In this document: positions 36,840 through 51,689 of the stretch, one piece after another | Layout: each line of letters starts with the position of its first letter | How positions within the stretch are numbered: position 1 is the first letter of the stretch | Assembly (NCBI RefSeq): GCF_003918875.1 | Contig: NW_025767733.1 | Coordinates: 1 to 64,000, forward strand | From: Haliotis rubra | Lineage: Eukaryota | Reading direction: 5' to 3' | DNA length: 64,000 nt | Translations under genes and position numbers: made by a program | The notes under the pieces: model-generated | Told to the model about the DNA's origin: nothing | Databases searched by the model: none | Seen by the model: the letters and a program-made list of their open reading frames with translations, nothing else

Positions 36840-36927
36840 CACAGATACATACATACACACACGCGCACGCACGCACGCACATACACATACATACATACAT
36901 ACATACATACATACATACATACATACA

Positions 36928-36961
<34 letters not shown>

Positions 36962-36965
36962 CATA
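36840..36965. repeat. (ACAT)n microsatellite
   Basis: Directly visible. Confidence 0.95.
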
Positions 36966-39559
36966 CTGTACAAATATTATTGCTTTTATTAAATCTTTCA
37001 ACAATATTTTCCGTATCTGTGCTAGTGGATTCATCAACGATAAAATCATAAAATATATCCCTGCACCATGTACGTAAAACGTAGTTTTTCAAGGATATCA
37101 TCAACAAGCTGAACCTCAGTTGCATCCTCCAACCCTGCAAGTAACAGAAAGAAACCGCCTGTTTCAGATCATCTAAACCAGACAATGACTTCCTTCTGTC
37201 CACCTTACAAATAACAAGCGAAATGGGTAAGTATGTGTCAAATATGTATCAAATCTCAAGATATGCAATATTCCCGTTATAGGATTAAAAGGTTGTTGTT
37301 TTTTAACACCACACTCAGCAATACTTCACCTTGTATTGCGGCGTTCTGTATACGATCGAATCTGGACTACACAATCAAGTGATCAACATCTGGACCATCG
37401 AACTACGCAATTGGGATACATGTTTCAATCACCTCTGTGAGCCTGACCACATGATCCAATTAGTCGCCTCTTACGACAAGCAAGGATTTCTGAAGACCAG
37501 TTCTTACCGGGATCTTCTGGTGAATCGCATATTCAGATCAAAATAAGTAAAGGACCACCCAAAACCTATATATTGCAGTTTGTTGCTCGCATGTTGCTCG
37601 CATGTTGCTTAAATTATCCGTCGTGACAAGATCACAACTTTTCCAGGTCTGTATGTGAACCGGATATTGATGCGAGTGCGAGTATGGTTTTAAGCCGCTT
37701 TTAGCAATATTCCAGCAATATCACGGCTGGGGAAACCAGAAATGGACTTCACACACATTTACCCATGGGGGATATTGATGAATGCGTTTGGCGTTGAACA
37801 GAAAAAAAGACAAAACACCCCAAAACAATCTGGCATTTGAATTACCTATTTTGTCCATCTTTCAGAAACTGGGAATAAAAAGGTGGACACGCCTAAAACG
37901 CCCTGCAGTCAACTTTCGCCGAAGTATACCTGGCAACGCAAGCATCCTGTTGGAGTTATTTACAGAACTAACTGGAAACCCACGCTGTGTTTGGACACCC
38001 TGGAATCTACAGCCCGAGCATATCGACAGTGTTTAAGGAACCGACGACTTTGGATCCCCGGGGACTCAACCAGTCGTCAATTCAAGGAGGCCCTTCACGA
38101 CATACTCAACTTACAAAATCGAAATACTCAGCTCTTGGAGGACAAGCAAGACAATTTCTCAGTGGAATGGTTTGCTCACGAGTTCCCACTCTTTCATGGA
38201 CAGGAACGTTACTCTCCATTAACTAACAGAGCACAACATATTCTTCTTGAATCTTTGCCCAATAACACAGTGGATATTGTGGTGCTGTATTTATATGTCC
38301 ACTTTAATTTAGTCCACCCGGACATATACCGCCAACATGTTCAGCGACTGGCTCGGGCTCGTCTCTTCTTAAACGGGCACCTGGTGTCACACTTGCTGTT
38401 CGAGGACCCTTTGCTTATTACAGGAGTTCAGCTCAAGAGCTTGTGTCTTATTGGGGACTGCTATATACAGATATATTGCATGAGGAGTTTTCATCTATTG
38501 CCCACAGAGTGGTGTATATAGACTACTGGGATATGACGGTGGCCTTGGGCCAAAACCGCATTCATCCAGATAAATCAACGGTTAGAACGATGATGCACTA
38601 TATGATGTCTCTTCTGTGTCATAGACGGGTGGGGCATACATCTTAACCAGTAGATGCAGGTGCCTTAATTCCATCCACTGATCTGTGTCCCGAGGGTATG
38701 CCACTGTGTGCTCATCAATGGTTCAATCAACGATTTGCTCCACGTTCAAATCCTTGGTCTGTGAACATTCCACGACTTTCTCCACTTGGTGCCCTGTTTT
38801 GTTGAAAGAGGGCATTGCTTTTCCGTCCATTTTACGCTTGACCATTTTGACCCTATTCCGACACTTGCTGGACGCTCATCAATTAACCAATTGTAATTCA
38901 TTTCCGTCAAATGCCAATATTCGGAAAAAAACGACGTTTTCGTATTTGCAGTCATTTCATAATGATGCTTGTCTATCTAATAGTTTAACTGACATAACAG
39001 CGCATTGTCTGGATTCACAACTTCCACTTGTTTACAACACGACCTTTCCTGCCCCTTCATCAGGTAAATAACAGTATATGATTTACATGTAAATCATATA
39101 GTACATACAGGAAGCCAGTGAGAAGGAATTAAAGGTTGAGATCAAGGAGATTAAGTGATATGTTTTGACTGAGATGTACCATATGTTATGCTACTTTCCA
39201 ACTTCTAAATGCCAATCAAGCATCTAGTTTAGTTGACTTGTGTCAAATTTTATAGCACTGTAGTCATGATTCCATGTTACCACTTACGCTACAGATGCAT
39301 GGTTAATGTCCTGCAAAACAATGCTTGGTTAAACAGATCGTTCTTTTATTTGTTCAACACTGAGTGTCTGACTACATATCCTTACCACACATTTAGCCCC
39401 TACTCCGATCTCTTTAATCCCATAACAGCACCTACCACTAACCCAGTTGGCTCCATAACCTCAGACTACCCCTGACACGAGCATCAACCCTCTGAGACTA
39501 ATTATACGTCGACAATGACCCCAGTCTTAAACTAATGGTAGTCTCTGAACATATATATA

Positions 39560-42229
39560 TGTACCTCGTCATAAATATCGCACCAACCACCTTTTTCACT
39601 TAGTAAAACTGTATCTACAACCTCATTAAAATGGTGCTAAGAAAAGCACATTAAACTGTTTAGATGGCCTTATTTGAACAACACAAGACCGTATTGGAGC
39701 ACTAATTGAAGGTTTAATCGTAGCAAACTAAAGTTCACTAAAGTCACCGTAACATAAGGTGAAATAAATATGACTGCCCGGGTCATTACAACAGACACAC
39801 AACACAGTTCAGATTTCGTTAATGTTGAACACACTGGTAAGGTCCACAATGACTGGCTAACTCAGTATCTGGCGTAACCGCCTCGTACATAGATAACATT
39901 TTCTACGCGCCGTCGCATGCTGGCCACCAGACGTCTGATTGGAGGATGTACTGCCATTCATCATGCAATGCATGGGTCAATTCCTGACTGTTCTGAACTG
40001 GAGGATCCCTTGCTCTCACCCTACGTCCCAACATGTCCCACAAATGCTCAATAGGATTCATGTCTGGACTTCTGGCTGGCCATGGTAGTGTGTCAATGGC
40101 ATTGTGTTGGAGATGCTGAACAACAGCTCGAGCACGATGTGGTCTGGCATTATCGTCCATGAAGACTGGACTTGTGGCGAGAGCATGGTTATCGGAATGA
40201 GGCACTACAACACCGTCCAGGATCAAGTTCTGCTACCTCTGTCCATTCGATGACCCGGGAACTGTGATGATGTTAAGTTTACAGTCATAGGAACAACATC
40301 CCAAAACCATGACGGATCCACCCCCAAATGGAACTTCAGCTTGAATGGTCATCTGATCATATGCTGTGCCTCTGTGCCTCCAAACTCGTGCCGTCCCGTC
40401 TGTGTGATACAGCAACAATCGGCTCTCATCGGACCAGTGGATCCTTCCCCATGTCCTCAGGTTCCAGTGAGCACGTGCTTGGCAGCAGGCTAAACGGGCA
40501 TAGCCGTGCTGATTTGTGAGGAGTGGACGTCTGATTGGTCGTCTTACTCTCAATCCTGCAGAATTTAGGCGTCGTCTGATGGTGCTGATGGACACTCTGT
40601 TGTATAGATGCCATCCATGTCTCAGCTGTGTACAAGTAAACACTGAGCTTTGTCTGGCATGGCGTACGAGAGCACAAACTTCCCTGTCCTCGGTTTTTCT
40701 GGGACGTCCAGACTTCGGTGCATCCTTCACTTCACCGGTATGCTTCAACAGTATGCTTACGCATCAACCTGCTGATGACAGTGTGATTAATGTTCCGTTG
40801 TGCTCCAATAGCAGGAAATGACATACTAGTTTGGTGCATGCCAATAATTTGCCATCCTTGCTTGGGCATTTCACTGGTTGGTCACAATAAAGCTTAATTT
40901 ATGCCTAAAATCAAATTTTAGCTGTGTCTGCCCACATAACATACGCCAAAAGGGGATTTACAGCAGACCGACCTAAGAACATGCATGCTTAAAGGTCACA
41001 TGCAATCAAAAAATCAAACATAATTAAAACACTATTATCACTTATTCATGACATATAATATGCATTGCTGATTATGAAAAAACAAATAAACAAAATTATA
41101 AGCGTATAATCGCAAGTCAAAAGTGCAATATTTTGTACTTTGGTTTACCTCCCTCGAAACGAAGCAGCCGGGATACCGAACCCAGTAAGAGCGGGTGGGT
41201 GTGCACTCAAGTGTAACGCCTGGTTCATTAGCAGATGCCGCTTTCGCGGCTGATTGTGTGTGTATATATAGAAAGTTGGGTTTTGTAAATACATGCTCAT
41301 TTTTTGTGTATAACATTTTGCAATCAACAGACATCATAACATGTCATGTGTTCAAGTATCACACCTGCCTGTCTGTGTAATTACATAATGTGACAGAGAC
41401 CGAACTCGGGCCATAAATCCATGCGTTTTGTTTATGGTGTATAGCCTGATTGGTGTTAAGTTCAAACTGCATGTGGTCAGTGATCGCAGTTGTGTATTGA
41501 ATATTGTCATTAGCAGACAGGCAGGCCGACACACAGGTGTCAATAAAACAAGACATTGAGTTTTGTCTGTGACAGCAACATATCTATATCACAGTTAGAA
41601 ATTGTGTCAACTCTAAATAATGACATTGCTTTTAAGTATCGAACTGAGAAAGTGACTCTGTAAGAAGAACGTGGGTGAAATAGACAAATGAAATTATATA
41701 AACTGTTTATTTACTGTCATAACATACAAAAAGCTCGCGCCTGTGAGATATCAACAAAACTTTATGAAAATAGCTCACACCAAAGCCTTCACCAAGTATT
41801 CACCAGACAGCCCGCTTCCAAGTTGCGCGAACCTATTTCACTGCGCACGTGCTATGAGCGCAGCCCAGCTGTTGAAACCCGTATTCCCCAGAAAAGTCTG
41901 GGGAAAATTAATGAAACGTTTGAACTCCGATTTCGCGCGGTTTTTTTCATCGCGTTATTTTTCAACTTTATAAGTTGAATTTGCATTTTTGACGCTTTGT
42001 TTCGGTAAGTCCATACCGAAAGGTATCAGAATCTGCAAAGTTGTGTTTTAGGTTGCATGTGACCTTTAAGGCATGCATGCACGTGCAGTTCGGAACAGGG
42101 TGTGTTTGTGATGTTATGGTCACAGATGGTGTCGTATATTACATATCTAGGTGTAGTATAAAAAACCCCGACAATTTTAGTTCTACTTTGACTTTCAAAT
42201 GGGTGGTGCGATACTTTTGACGAGGTGCA
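39560..42229 (-). mobile_element. Tc1 (DD34E) transposon, defective, with a nested insertion
   Basis: TA-flanked TIRs tgtacctcgtcataaatatcgcacc / ggtgcgatacttttgacgaggtgca. Transposase about 39903-40748 with GRPRKT, WSDES, FMDDNA and SPDMNPIEHLW (34 residues between D and E); in-frame TAG at 40233-40235. Confidence 0.92.
40993..42065. mobile_element. Non-autonomous Kolobok-type DNA transposon nested in the Tc1
   Basis: TTAA on both sides (40989-40992, 42066-42069); 13-bp TIR aggtcacatgcaa / ttgcatgtgacct. Purine-purine termini with a TTAA TSD are the Kolobok pattern. Confidence 0.8.
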
Positions 42230-42782
42230 TATATAGTTTTCACAGGAACCAATGATTCCAATTAATTTGAAAAGGAGCCCCAGTGTGACGCGTGATTTAG
42301 AACCTGAGGTAAATCTATCCTGATCCATTTAGGCTTTCGCTTTGGAGACGGACTGTGAGATGAATACCAAAATCAACACCTAAATTACTGCTGAATTCCA
42401 CCCCTACACCCTACCCCCTACCCCCGACCCCCAATCACGATCCCGACTGCCATGACCTCCCGACCGAACGCCTGTTTCTCACCCCTCTACACTTAACGAT
42501 CCCAATTCACGCTATCCTAACTTTGGCTCTTATCTCAGCCCTACCCCGATTGTATTTCCACATTTACTCCCCTCCCGTCTTCTGCAGAAATTCCTACCTG
42601 CCATGTTGGTTACCAGGTAACACTGGTAGCCTAACCCTATAAAGCGTGACATGCATGCCTTGGACACATGTCCATTCAAGCCTGAATTCCAATACAGCTC
42701 GGATTTCAAAAGCAAGAGACCAGGGCTTATAGTCACAGCCAACATGTCAGTGGTGAACGTCGGGTACAACCCAACTTCACAA

Positions 42783-45700
42783 ATGAGTCGGACTAGATCA
42801 TGTTTTCTTACCCTATGCATATTGACCGTGACTGTTATTGTGGTACTTATATGGAAGAACAAGCAGAGACTTGAGGACAAATTCAGGTAATTACTATATA
42901 CACAAACATGGAAAATATATTGTCGCATCTGTATTATTTTAGCCAAAGTGACGAGACCAATTTCATCCATGTACTCCAAAATAACCAATAATTCAAATGA
43001 TGAAAGGCTAAATCCACTACTCTCCCCATATAAGTGGACAAAAGAGTGGATTATCAATTTTAATGCTCTATAAATAATCATATTTTTTGTATGGATGCAA
43101 ACAGGTATGATATTATATTATTTACTGAATCATTTATTGAAACAGTGTCATTGATCATGTAGAAACAGATGAACAATGATAACACTACATTTCACTTCAT
43201 TTAAAAATACGAAACGGACTTGGATCAACAGTTAATGCTAAAAACATATAGGCTTGAACACAGTGTTCGCATTTCAGGGTAATATGTTGGCTCCTGTTTG
43301 CGGTACAGTCAGTTATTTTTAAAGGACTCGCGTTTTATCTTTGACCTTGTTACAGCTGAGTTTGATTAAATATTCCCCTGCCCAGGGGACGTAAACTGTG
43401 CTCTATATTACCTTGCCGTGTTCTAACAGCACAAGGTTGATTTATTGATTGGAATGTTGCACTTGCTTTACTGTTTTTTGTCACGATATACTTATCTGGT
43501 TTGTGTCACGATATACTTATCTGGTTTGTGTCACGATATACTTATCTGGTTTGTTGCATGTGATTATTAATAAATAACTTGCGTACTTGGTTAAATTGGT
43601 CAAGTTTTCTAGATTTGATTTTAAATGGTGAATTTGATGTGGTTGATTTCATTAATTCATTGATGGGACATTTGATAGACAGGTCGATTAATTGATCGAT
43701 TGGTTGGTTGGTTGTTTGGGGACAATTTCGGTTGTTTGTTTGTTGGTTTGTTTGTTTGCTGGAAGATGTATTGGTTGGGTGCATAGGTTGGTGTGTTGGT
43801 TGGGTGAATGATAGGTAGATGACTACGTGTAATTAAAATCTACCTGATCGTGACATGTGCAAAGCCAACTGTAAGTGAAAGAATGAATATAACATGTACC
43901 AGGCTTATTGCAGGGCAAATGATGAATAGTTGAGCATTCAGAAAATGAACAATTGTGCAATCTGTTCGAAAAGGTGTTTCCAAGCAACATTTGTAAAGTG
44001 ATAGAAGATAATTGGAGGGGATGGGTCTGTAATTGATTTCTTTTTCAAACCTTATTGATCAAAATTCATACCTCATTTATCATTATTGTGTTTGCAGAAA
44101 CGTACCTCTCAGTGACATCATTGAGGGACATATAATTGTAGAACCAAACAGCGGAAGAGTGGTAAGCGGTGTTCCTCGCTATCTGAATGAGGCAAACATG
44201 ATCAAGGGAGGTAAGCAAAGGGATACCCGGAAGTGCACAAGTACACACCGCTCCACAATGACGTTATTAAATCCACAGCCTCTGTATAGACTCGGTGACG
44301 TCATAACAGTGGAGATCAACACTTACAATCATTACGGAGAGAAGCAAACAGTTGGCGGCGATTTCTTTAGATTATGGATGGAAAACACAGAGGACAAAGT
44401 TGCAGTTGCTGGAGACGTCTTCGACAACAACAACGGCAGCTACACCGGTTTTGTCAGAGTCCAGTGGTCAGGCATGGGAAGGATCCGCTGCTTTCTTGAG
44501 CGTCGAAGGGAGGAACTAGCGATGTTCTATTCCATCATGGCTGAACATGGAACGCTGTGGCAGCTGAAACGGGAGTTCGTATGGGGCTTCTTGGTGAAAG
44601 AGAGTACGAGCTGCACCATGTTACGGAACCGCCTAGGAGACATCTGCAACTTTACTTCTCTAAATGACGGTTTCCCGTGGTACTGTGAAAAGCCGAAGAA
44701 TTCACTCTTTAACTGCGACACCTACAGTAAGGCCTGGTCTCCGAATAAAGCATATCTTCCGAAGGAAACACAGCAACGTGACATATACTATTTGTAAGTA
44801 TGGTTTTATTTATTCTATTTTATTTTGTTCCTTAATATAAACCAGATTGTGTCGTTACCAAGTAAAGATCGACCCCGCGCAATACATAAGCAATTTAGAT
44901 GTTTAGAACTTTTGTTAAAGCAGATTACAGTGGGTTTTTGTTTTCACTTTGACGCTGATACTTTGAAATGATTTCATTTGTCAAAATATACTACAGAAGG
45001 GGCTTTTCAGTNNNNNNNNNNNNNNNNNNNNNNNNNNNNNNNNNNNNNNNNNNNNNNNNNNNNNNNNNNNNNNNNNNNNNNNNNNNNNNNNNNNNNNNNN
45101 NNNNNNNNNNNNNNNNNNNNNNNNNNNNNNNNNNNNNNNNNNNNNNNNNNNNNNNNNNNNNNNNNNNNNNNNNNNNNNNNNNNNNNNNNNNNNNNNNNNN
45201 NNNNNNNNNNNNGCTCTATGAACATATAACGTAGCCTTTCAAGGCTATCATCAACAAGTTGAACCTCAGTTGCATCACCCATCCCTGCAAGTGACAGAAA
45301 GAAACGTGCCTGTTTCAGATCATCTAAACCGGACAATGATTTCCTTCTCTCCACCTTACAAATTACAAGCGAAATGGGTAAGTATGCGTCAAATACTTAC
45401 CAAATATCTAACTATGCAATATTTAGATATAATCCAGTGATCAACATCTGGAGCATCGAACTACGCAATTGGGATACATGTTTCAATCAAGTCAGTGAGT
45501 CTGACCACCTTATTCCTTTAGTCGCCTCTTACGACAAGCAAGGATTTCTGAAGACCAGTTCTTACCGGGATCTTCTGGTGAATCGCATATTCAGATCAAA
45601 ATAAGTAAAGGACCACCCAAAACCTATATATTGCAGTTTGTTGCTCGCATGTTGCTCGCATGTTGCTTAAATTATCCGTCGTGACAAGATCACAACTTTT

Positions 45701-46725
45701 CCAGGTCTGTATGTGAACCGGATATTGATGCGAGTGCGAGTATGGTTTTAAGCCGCTTTTAGCAATATTCCAGCAATATCACGGCTGGGGAAACCAGAAA
45801 TGGACTTCACACATTGTACCCATGTGGGAATATTGATGAGGGTGTTTGACGTAGAACAAAAAAAGGAAAAAGGCAAAACACCCAAACTCAATCCGACATT
45901 TCAATTACTTATTTTTTCCATCTTTCAGAAACTGGGAATAGGAAGATGGACACTCCTAAAACGCCCTGCGGTCAACTATCGCCGAAGTATACCTGGCAAC
46001 GCAAGCATCCTGTTGGAGTTATTCACAGAACTAAATGGAAACCCACGCTGTGTGTGGACACCCTAGAATCTACAGCCAGGGCATATCGACAGTGTTTAAG
46101 GAACCGACGACTTTGGATCCCCGGGGACTCAACCAGTCGTCAATTCAAGGCATCCCTTCACGACACATTTAACCTTCCACGTCCCTCTAATGATCTCAAC
46201 CCTCAACTCTTGGAGGACAAGCAAGACAATTTCTCAGTGGCATGGTTTGCTCATGAATTCCCGCTGTTTCACGGATTCGGGCGCTACTCTTCATTAACAA
46301 ACAGGGCACAACATATTCTTCTTGAATCTTTGCCCAATAACACAGTGGACATTGTGGTGCTGTATTTATATGTCCACTTCAATTTAGTCCACCCGGACAT
46401 ATACCGCCAACATGTTCAGCGACTGGCTCGGGCAGCTACGTCTCTCCTTAAACGGGCACCTGGTGTCACACTTGCTGTTCGTGGACCCTTTGCTTATTAC
46501 AGGAATCCGTCTCAAGAGCTTGTGTCCTATTGGGGACTGCTATATACAGATATATTGCATGAGGAGTTTTCATCTATTGCCCACAGAGTGGTGTATATAG
46601 ACTACTGGGATATGACAGTCGCTTTGGGCCCAAACCACATTCATCCAGATACATCAACGGTTAGAACTATGGTTCACTATATGATGTCTCTTCTCTGTCA
46701 CAGACGGGTGGGGAATACGACTTAA
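42783..46725 (+). CDS. NXPE: NXPE family (PC-esterase/SGNH acyltransferase-esterase) paralog 2, intact, 551 aa
   Basis: Exons 42783-42886, 44098-44793, 45319-45377, 45929-46725 = 1656 nt, phases 2/2/1, open frame. Type II anchor, GGDFF/DNNNGSY, GDST and WDMT...NHIHP motifs. An N gap lies in intron 2 only. Confidence 0.92.
45012..45212. other. Assembly gap (others at 58925-59124 and 63398-63692)
   Basis: Runs of N. Confidence 1.
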
Positions 46726-48972
46726 CCAGCCGATGCAGGTGCCTTAATTCGTCAGCTGATCCGTCTCCCCTAGGTGTGCTCATCAATTGTTCCAATCCAC
46801 GATTTGCCCTAAGTTCAAATCCCTGGTCTGTGAACATTCCAACGACTCTGTGTTAACCGTCCACGACTTTCTCCAATTGGTTTTGTTGAAAAAGAGCATC
46901 GCTTTTCCGCCCATTGTACGTTTGAACATTTTTACCCTTTGCAGACACTTGTTGGACACTCATCAATTAACCAATTGTAATTCATTTCCGTCAAATGCCC
47001 ATATACCGGAAAAGCGACGTATTCGTTGTTGCAATGTCATATCATAATGATTTCTTTTCAAATGATTCCTCAAATATGTTACAATATGATGATTTTCAGT
47101 GATCGGAGATATAGGGGGAAAGTATTTTAGTCACGTGTTATATCTGTTTTCAACTCTACTCAAACAGTTCAGTACTCTAATCAGTCGACTGAAGCGAGTG
47201 CCCAGTTATGGTTCTTTATTAAATATCAAAATCAGCATTGTTAAACATCAAAATCAGCATTAAAATGACAAAATATCAGTCAAACACTGTTGTGTGGAAA
47301 TGAAAGTTTGATGTCTGCGTTAATCTAATTTACTTTGGATAACTCGAAGTATGTACCCTCCAACTTTGCCTGTACAACCTGAAATGTGAGGCAAGTCAAT
47401 GCAAAACTGAAGACAAATGCTTCATGAATATGGTGCATCAAAACGACAAGCGGAACATATCTAACAGTACCTTCCGTATTTTGACATACGTGCTACATTT
47501 GAACAAGGATGTTATTTCGGTAGAGCACGTACATTTGTGCATTTTGATCGCTGTGCAGTGAGTATATGGTTTTATACTGCTGAGAGTTATATACCAGCAA
47601 TATCACGGCGGGGGAAGCCATTGTGTCCATACGGAGAGTCACACCCGGACGTTCGGCGTGACACACGTGCACGTTTCCTCCCTCATCGCCCCGATATTGA
47701 TGACCGATTTCTGCAAGTCTGATCCTTGGGAGATCTTCACCTCTCAAAGAAAACTTAAATCGCGAAAAAAGACATATAGTTGTGATCCATATATACTTTT
47801 ATGGTTCTAATGGCAAATTCATTATTCGGAATCTTAACTAAACAATACACGACGCTAACATACTCTTCTCACTAAAGGTCATAATTTGACTAAAATGCAA
47901 ATAAAAAACCTAAATTCCATGAATTAAAGTCGAACATTAACCACTATGCTATATTACAGTATAGTTGATCATGATGTTTGTGGTCGCAGTACATGGAGTA
48001 GCGGATGTTAAGGTTAGACTAAACAAATATTTTCCCATTGAATTTTATAGTATTCTTATATTTTGTTTTAAATTAACTAAACCATCAAATGCTACTGCAT
48101 GCACATGCGTGAACTGTCTGGTATTAAATAAAAACATAAAAATGACAAGTTCAAATAGTTCTTTTCCGAGCACAGGAATCTAAACACACCAATCAACACA
48201 AAATGTAACCCGCTTGAAAATATCAGTTATCACATGCAGTGGAAGTCATCGTGTTAAAACATACGGTTCTAAATATATAAAAACATGTATAGCTTTGATT
48301 ACTGGATAAATGTACAAATGTCATTGAAACAACACAAAAATTATTCAATCTGCTCTGAAGGATTTGGTGCAATATAACCTACATGGTCAATAATATTTTT
48401 ACGTCACAGTCACACCATACTTTATGCAGTGTACACATTCAATCGTATTTCTTTGACTGTTTACTCTCCCTATAATATTGTCAGTGATGAAGTAAGAGAC
48501 AAAAAAGAATAATAGAATTTGAAGCAAATAGGTCCACAGTAATATGGTGGAAATATTGCTAAAAGAGGCGTAAAACCATACTCACCCACTCACTCCTTGA
48601 TGCTCGCAAGTGTTACAGGCATACGTCTGAGGTAATGTTTTGTAAGTGGATATCACTTTCGCATATTTTAGTTCCTTAAAACCATAGTTCAACTCAAATA
48701 CAAGTGGCCGAGGCCAATATTCTAGCTTTACAACGGCGGACTGTAAATAATCGAGTCAACCAGAAAATCCAGTGATCAATATCATGAGCAACATTGAGCA
48801 TCCATCTACGCAGTGGGGATACGATGACATGTTCCAGCCAAGTCAGCGAGCCTGATCACTCCGTCTGTCGCCTCTTTGTTTCCTGAAGCATGGATTGCTG
48901 AAGACTCACCAAGATCGTAATGTGTCTCTCTACTACTACTCCTGCTGCTGCAGTATTTACATCGGGACTAGA

Positions 48973-49085
48973 CAGGGTCCCGATCCACAAAGCGTTCGTA
49001 GTAATACGACATTCGTAACTCCATGATAAACTATAGAGTAACGACAGGTCCTGACGTTACGAATGCCTTGTGGATCGGGACCCTG
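48973..49085. mobile_element. MITE, same family as 28657-29031, single internal unit
   Basis: TIR cagggtcccgatccacaaagcgttcgta matches the reverse complement of the right end at 26 of 28 positions. Confidence 0.85.
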
Positions 49086-49419
49086 GAGATCAGTCGAAAT
49101 CAACCGGCACCAATTACGTCATAATCAAAGGGCGGTAACTCTGGCCTGTTTAGCTCGGCAAACAAAGGCCAAATAACGGCATAACATTTATATTGAGCAC
49201 TTATATTGAGGGTTATACTTTCATTGTAAGAAAACTAAATTTATATTTTCAAACAATGATATTAACTAATTTAAAAAATCCAGTTTGTTTCTTATAAGAA
49301 TAAATGTGTTCACTTCCCCTTTAACGCAGTTTATGAAACATTCAAGCAACATCTCGACAAGGCAAACACAAATATGGGCTCAAACATGGTATTCTTAGGT
49401 GAATCGTACACGTACGCGG

Positions 49420-49790
49420 TGTTCCAACTGACAGTTGGGACAAAGCCAAGCAGAAATGTAACCAGAAAAGAAAGCTTTATTCCAATCTTGATTTTCATCA
49501 GCCCTACACCAGTTTAAAAGTCTTTCTTCTTCTCTAAGGGTTTCATTACATTCAGGAGGACTTACTCTATAAATCATCTCATTTCTGATATTCTTAACTT
49601 TTTTCAATTTCCCCCTTCTCACAATCTGACCAAGTCGACGGCTATCCGTAGTACTGAACTTCCTGTTTTGTGCTCAATCCCAACTCCTGACCGAATATTC
49701 TTCAAAGCTCTGTATTCTGTAGAGAGAGGAATTTTGATGTCTACCAGCTAGCTCTTTTGCATTAGTCACACCCCTTTCAACAAAGGAAGC
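49420..49790 (-). mobile_element. Degenerate Tc1/mariner transposase fragment
   Basis: EERLLNWCRADENQDWNKAFFSG resembles the RLxW...DWxxVxFSDE segment before the first catalytic Asp. No TIRs found. Confidence 0.45.
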
Positions 49791-51689
49791 CAGGGGAGAT
49801 AACCCTTGATCTAGTAAGGTTCATTCTTAGGCCTACAAGGGTTCACCTGACTACACAGGGTAAGACCTATTTTAAAATTCTATTATTAGTATTAGGAAAC
49901 AAAGATTTTCTCAGTAATTTCTGGGAAAACTGTACATGTACGTTTAATTCGGCTGATCGTTCTGGTAAGCTCTATTCTAAAATAGTGTATATAACCCCAA
50001 AGGGGGAGAAGTAAGGTCAACAGATATAGATCATGGGCTAAATTCTTCTATCGTTTCGGCCAAGATAGAGTGTAAAGATTGTAAAGTAACCCAGATAGCA
50101 AATGCTGCTTATTCTACACCAAACATCGTGAGAATCTACCTCTAATGTTAACGTGAATCTGAAAATACTGACATATACTATGTCGAATGAGTAGTAAACA
50201 TAAGATAGGAATGACTCGTGTACTGTTATTTGATCTTCATTGCTGAAAGCTGGACACAATCAATGATCCATTTTTCAGCCACGTTTCGTAAAACCCTTTA
50301 CTTAAACAAATAGTTTGATATGAAAGAAATTGAAAACAAAAACTTAAAACAGATAACACAAAATAAATCAAACAAACAAACAAAGAAAAGGACAACATAC
50401 AAACACTGGAAAATAAACCAGTGGGCAAGTATTTTCTCTTTGATTCTGTGTAATTTACAAACAGTCCTTTAATATGCTAATGACAACTGCACAGTATTGC
50501 TTTAAGTCTTCTTTGCAGCACGAGCGACTCTGTCGTTTAAAACGCCGCAATGGGCTATGCAGAATTGTGTCTCTATGCAGACAGTAAGCTATGACCGTCG
50601 GTTTGAATCCCAGTTCAACATGATTATGTTTCTAAGTCGGTCACCATATCACCAGAAAGTGGAAAGCAACTGACACATACACAACTTTCCTCCATTATTT
50701 ATGAAACATCCCGTGACATAACCATTATACTGTTTAAAGAAACGGTAAACTCAGCTCTCTTACAAACAATCTGCTTCACGTGAGAACGGCGTCATATTGG
50801 GGTGAGAACATACCACAAAGGCTCATTAACAGTATAATATATTTGTGGCCGAGGCGACAGGGCACGCCGCTCTTTGTTGTTGAGTTTGGCCACATTTCCG
50901 TCCTGTCTGTCAAAATTGGGAGCAACATCTTCGAAAATCACTGACAAAGCCAACATATCGGCACAGAAACCATTGTCCAATTCGATTTCATAAGAAATAC
51001 ATTTCTTTAAGGATGTAATAAGGTTTATTGAATTGTAAGTTGAACACTTTTTTCCCTATTAGTTACCCAGAACCATATAAAAAAAAAACGTGTCGGGCAG
51101 CATAACAGGAGCCGAATGCCAAATAATCTAGTCTTGTCCGTTGTCGTGGAAGAACCTTTATGAAATCAGTTTTACGCGTTTATGAACAATGCAATAAAAG
51201 TACTTAATACGTTATTGTGTAAATTGTTCATCCGTATGCAAGCACTTTCAATTATGATGACCAGCTTTTTATGCTACTGGTTGACGAAGTCTGACTCGAC
51301 GTAGAGAAGTGGTTTGATCAAAGGTTCTTCATTCACCATCATAGGAAAGCGTTCAAGATGTTTTTTCAGGTACATCGACAGATATATTTTACGGGTGATT
51401 CTTTTGATATCGTTTAAAGACGTTTATATTTTGGTTAGATTTTCCTAACGCATATTCAAACGATCATTAATACTGTCGTTTATATTGAGCGTAAGTCGGA
51501 CAACCTGCTCAAGCTAGGTTTTATCACTTCAGTTCCAATTAACGGGTATGTCCTATTCCATTTCTTTGCATGGAACGACATCGGATTTTTTGTTAAATGG
51601 TTTTAAATGGGTAGTGTCATGTGCCTTCCCTACAGTCTGTTTGTAGTGAAAACCTACCGATGAATCACTTCAAGCAACACAGTAAAGTC

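Larger units (their letters stand above)
30993..38646 (+). pseudogene. NXPE: NXPE family (PC-esterase/SGNH) paralog 1, frameshifted in the last exon (pseudogene or error)
   Basis: Exons 30993-31087, 35900-36598, 37168-37226, 37866-38646. N-terminal membrane anchor, GGDFFR...DNNNGSY, GDSTSRQ and DYWDMT...IHP motifs. Net 4-nt loss near 38358 relative to paralog 2 (gctcgggctcgtctc vs gctcgggcagctacgtctc). Confidence 0.8.
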
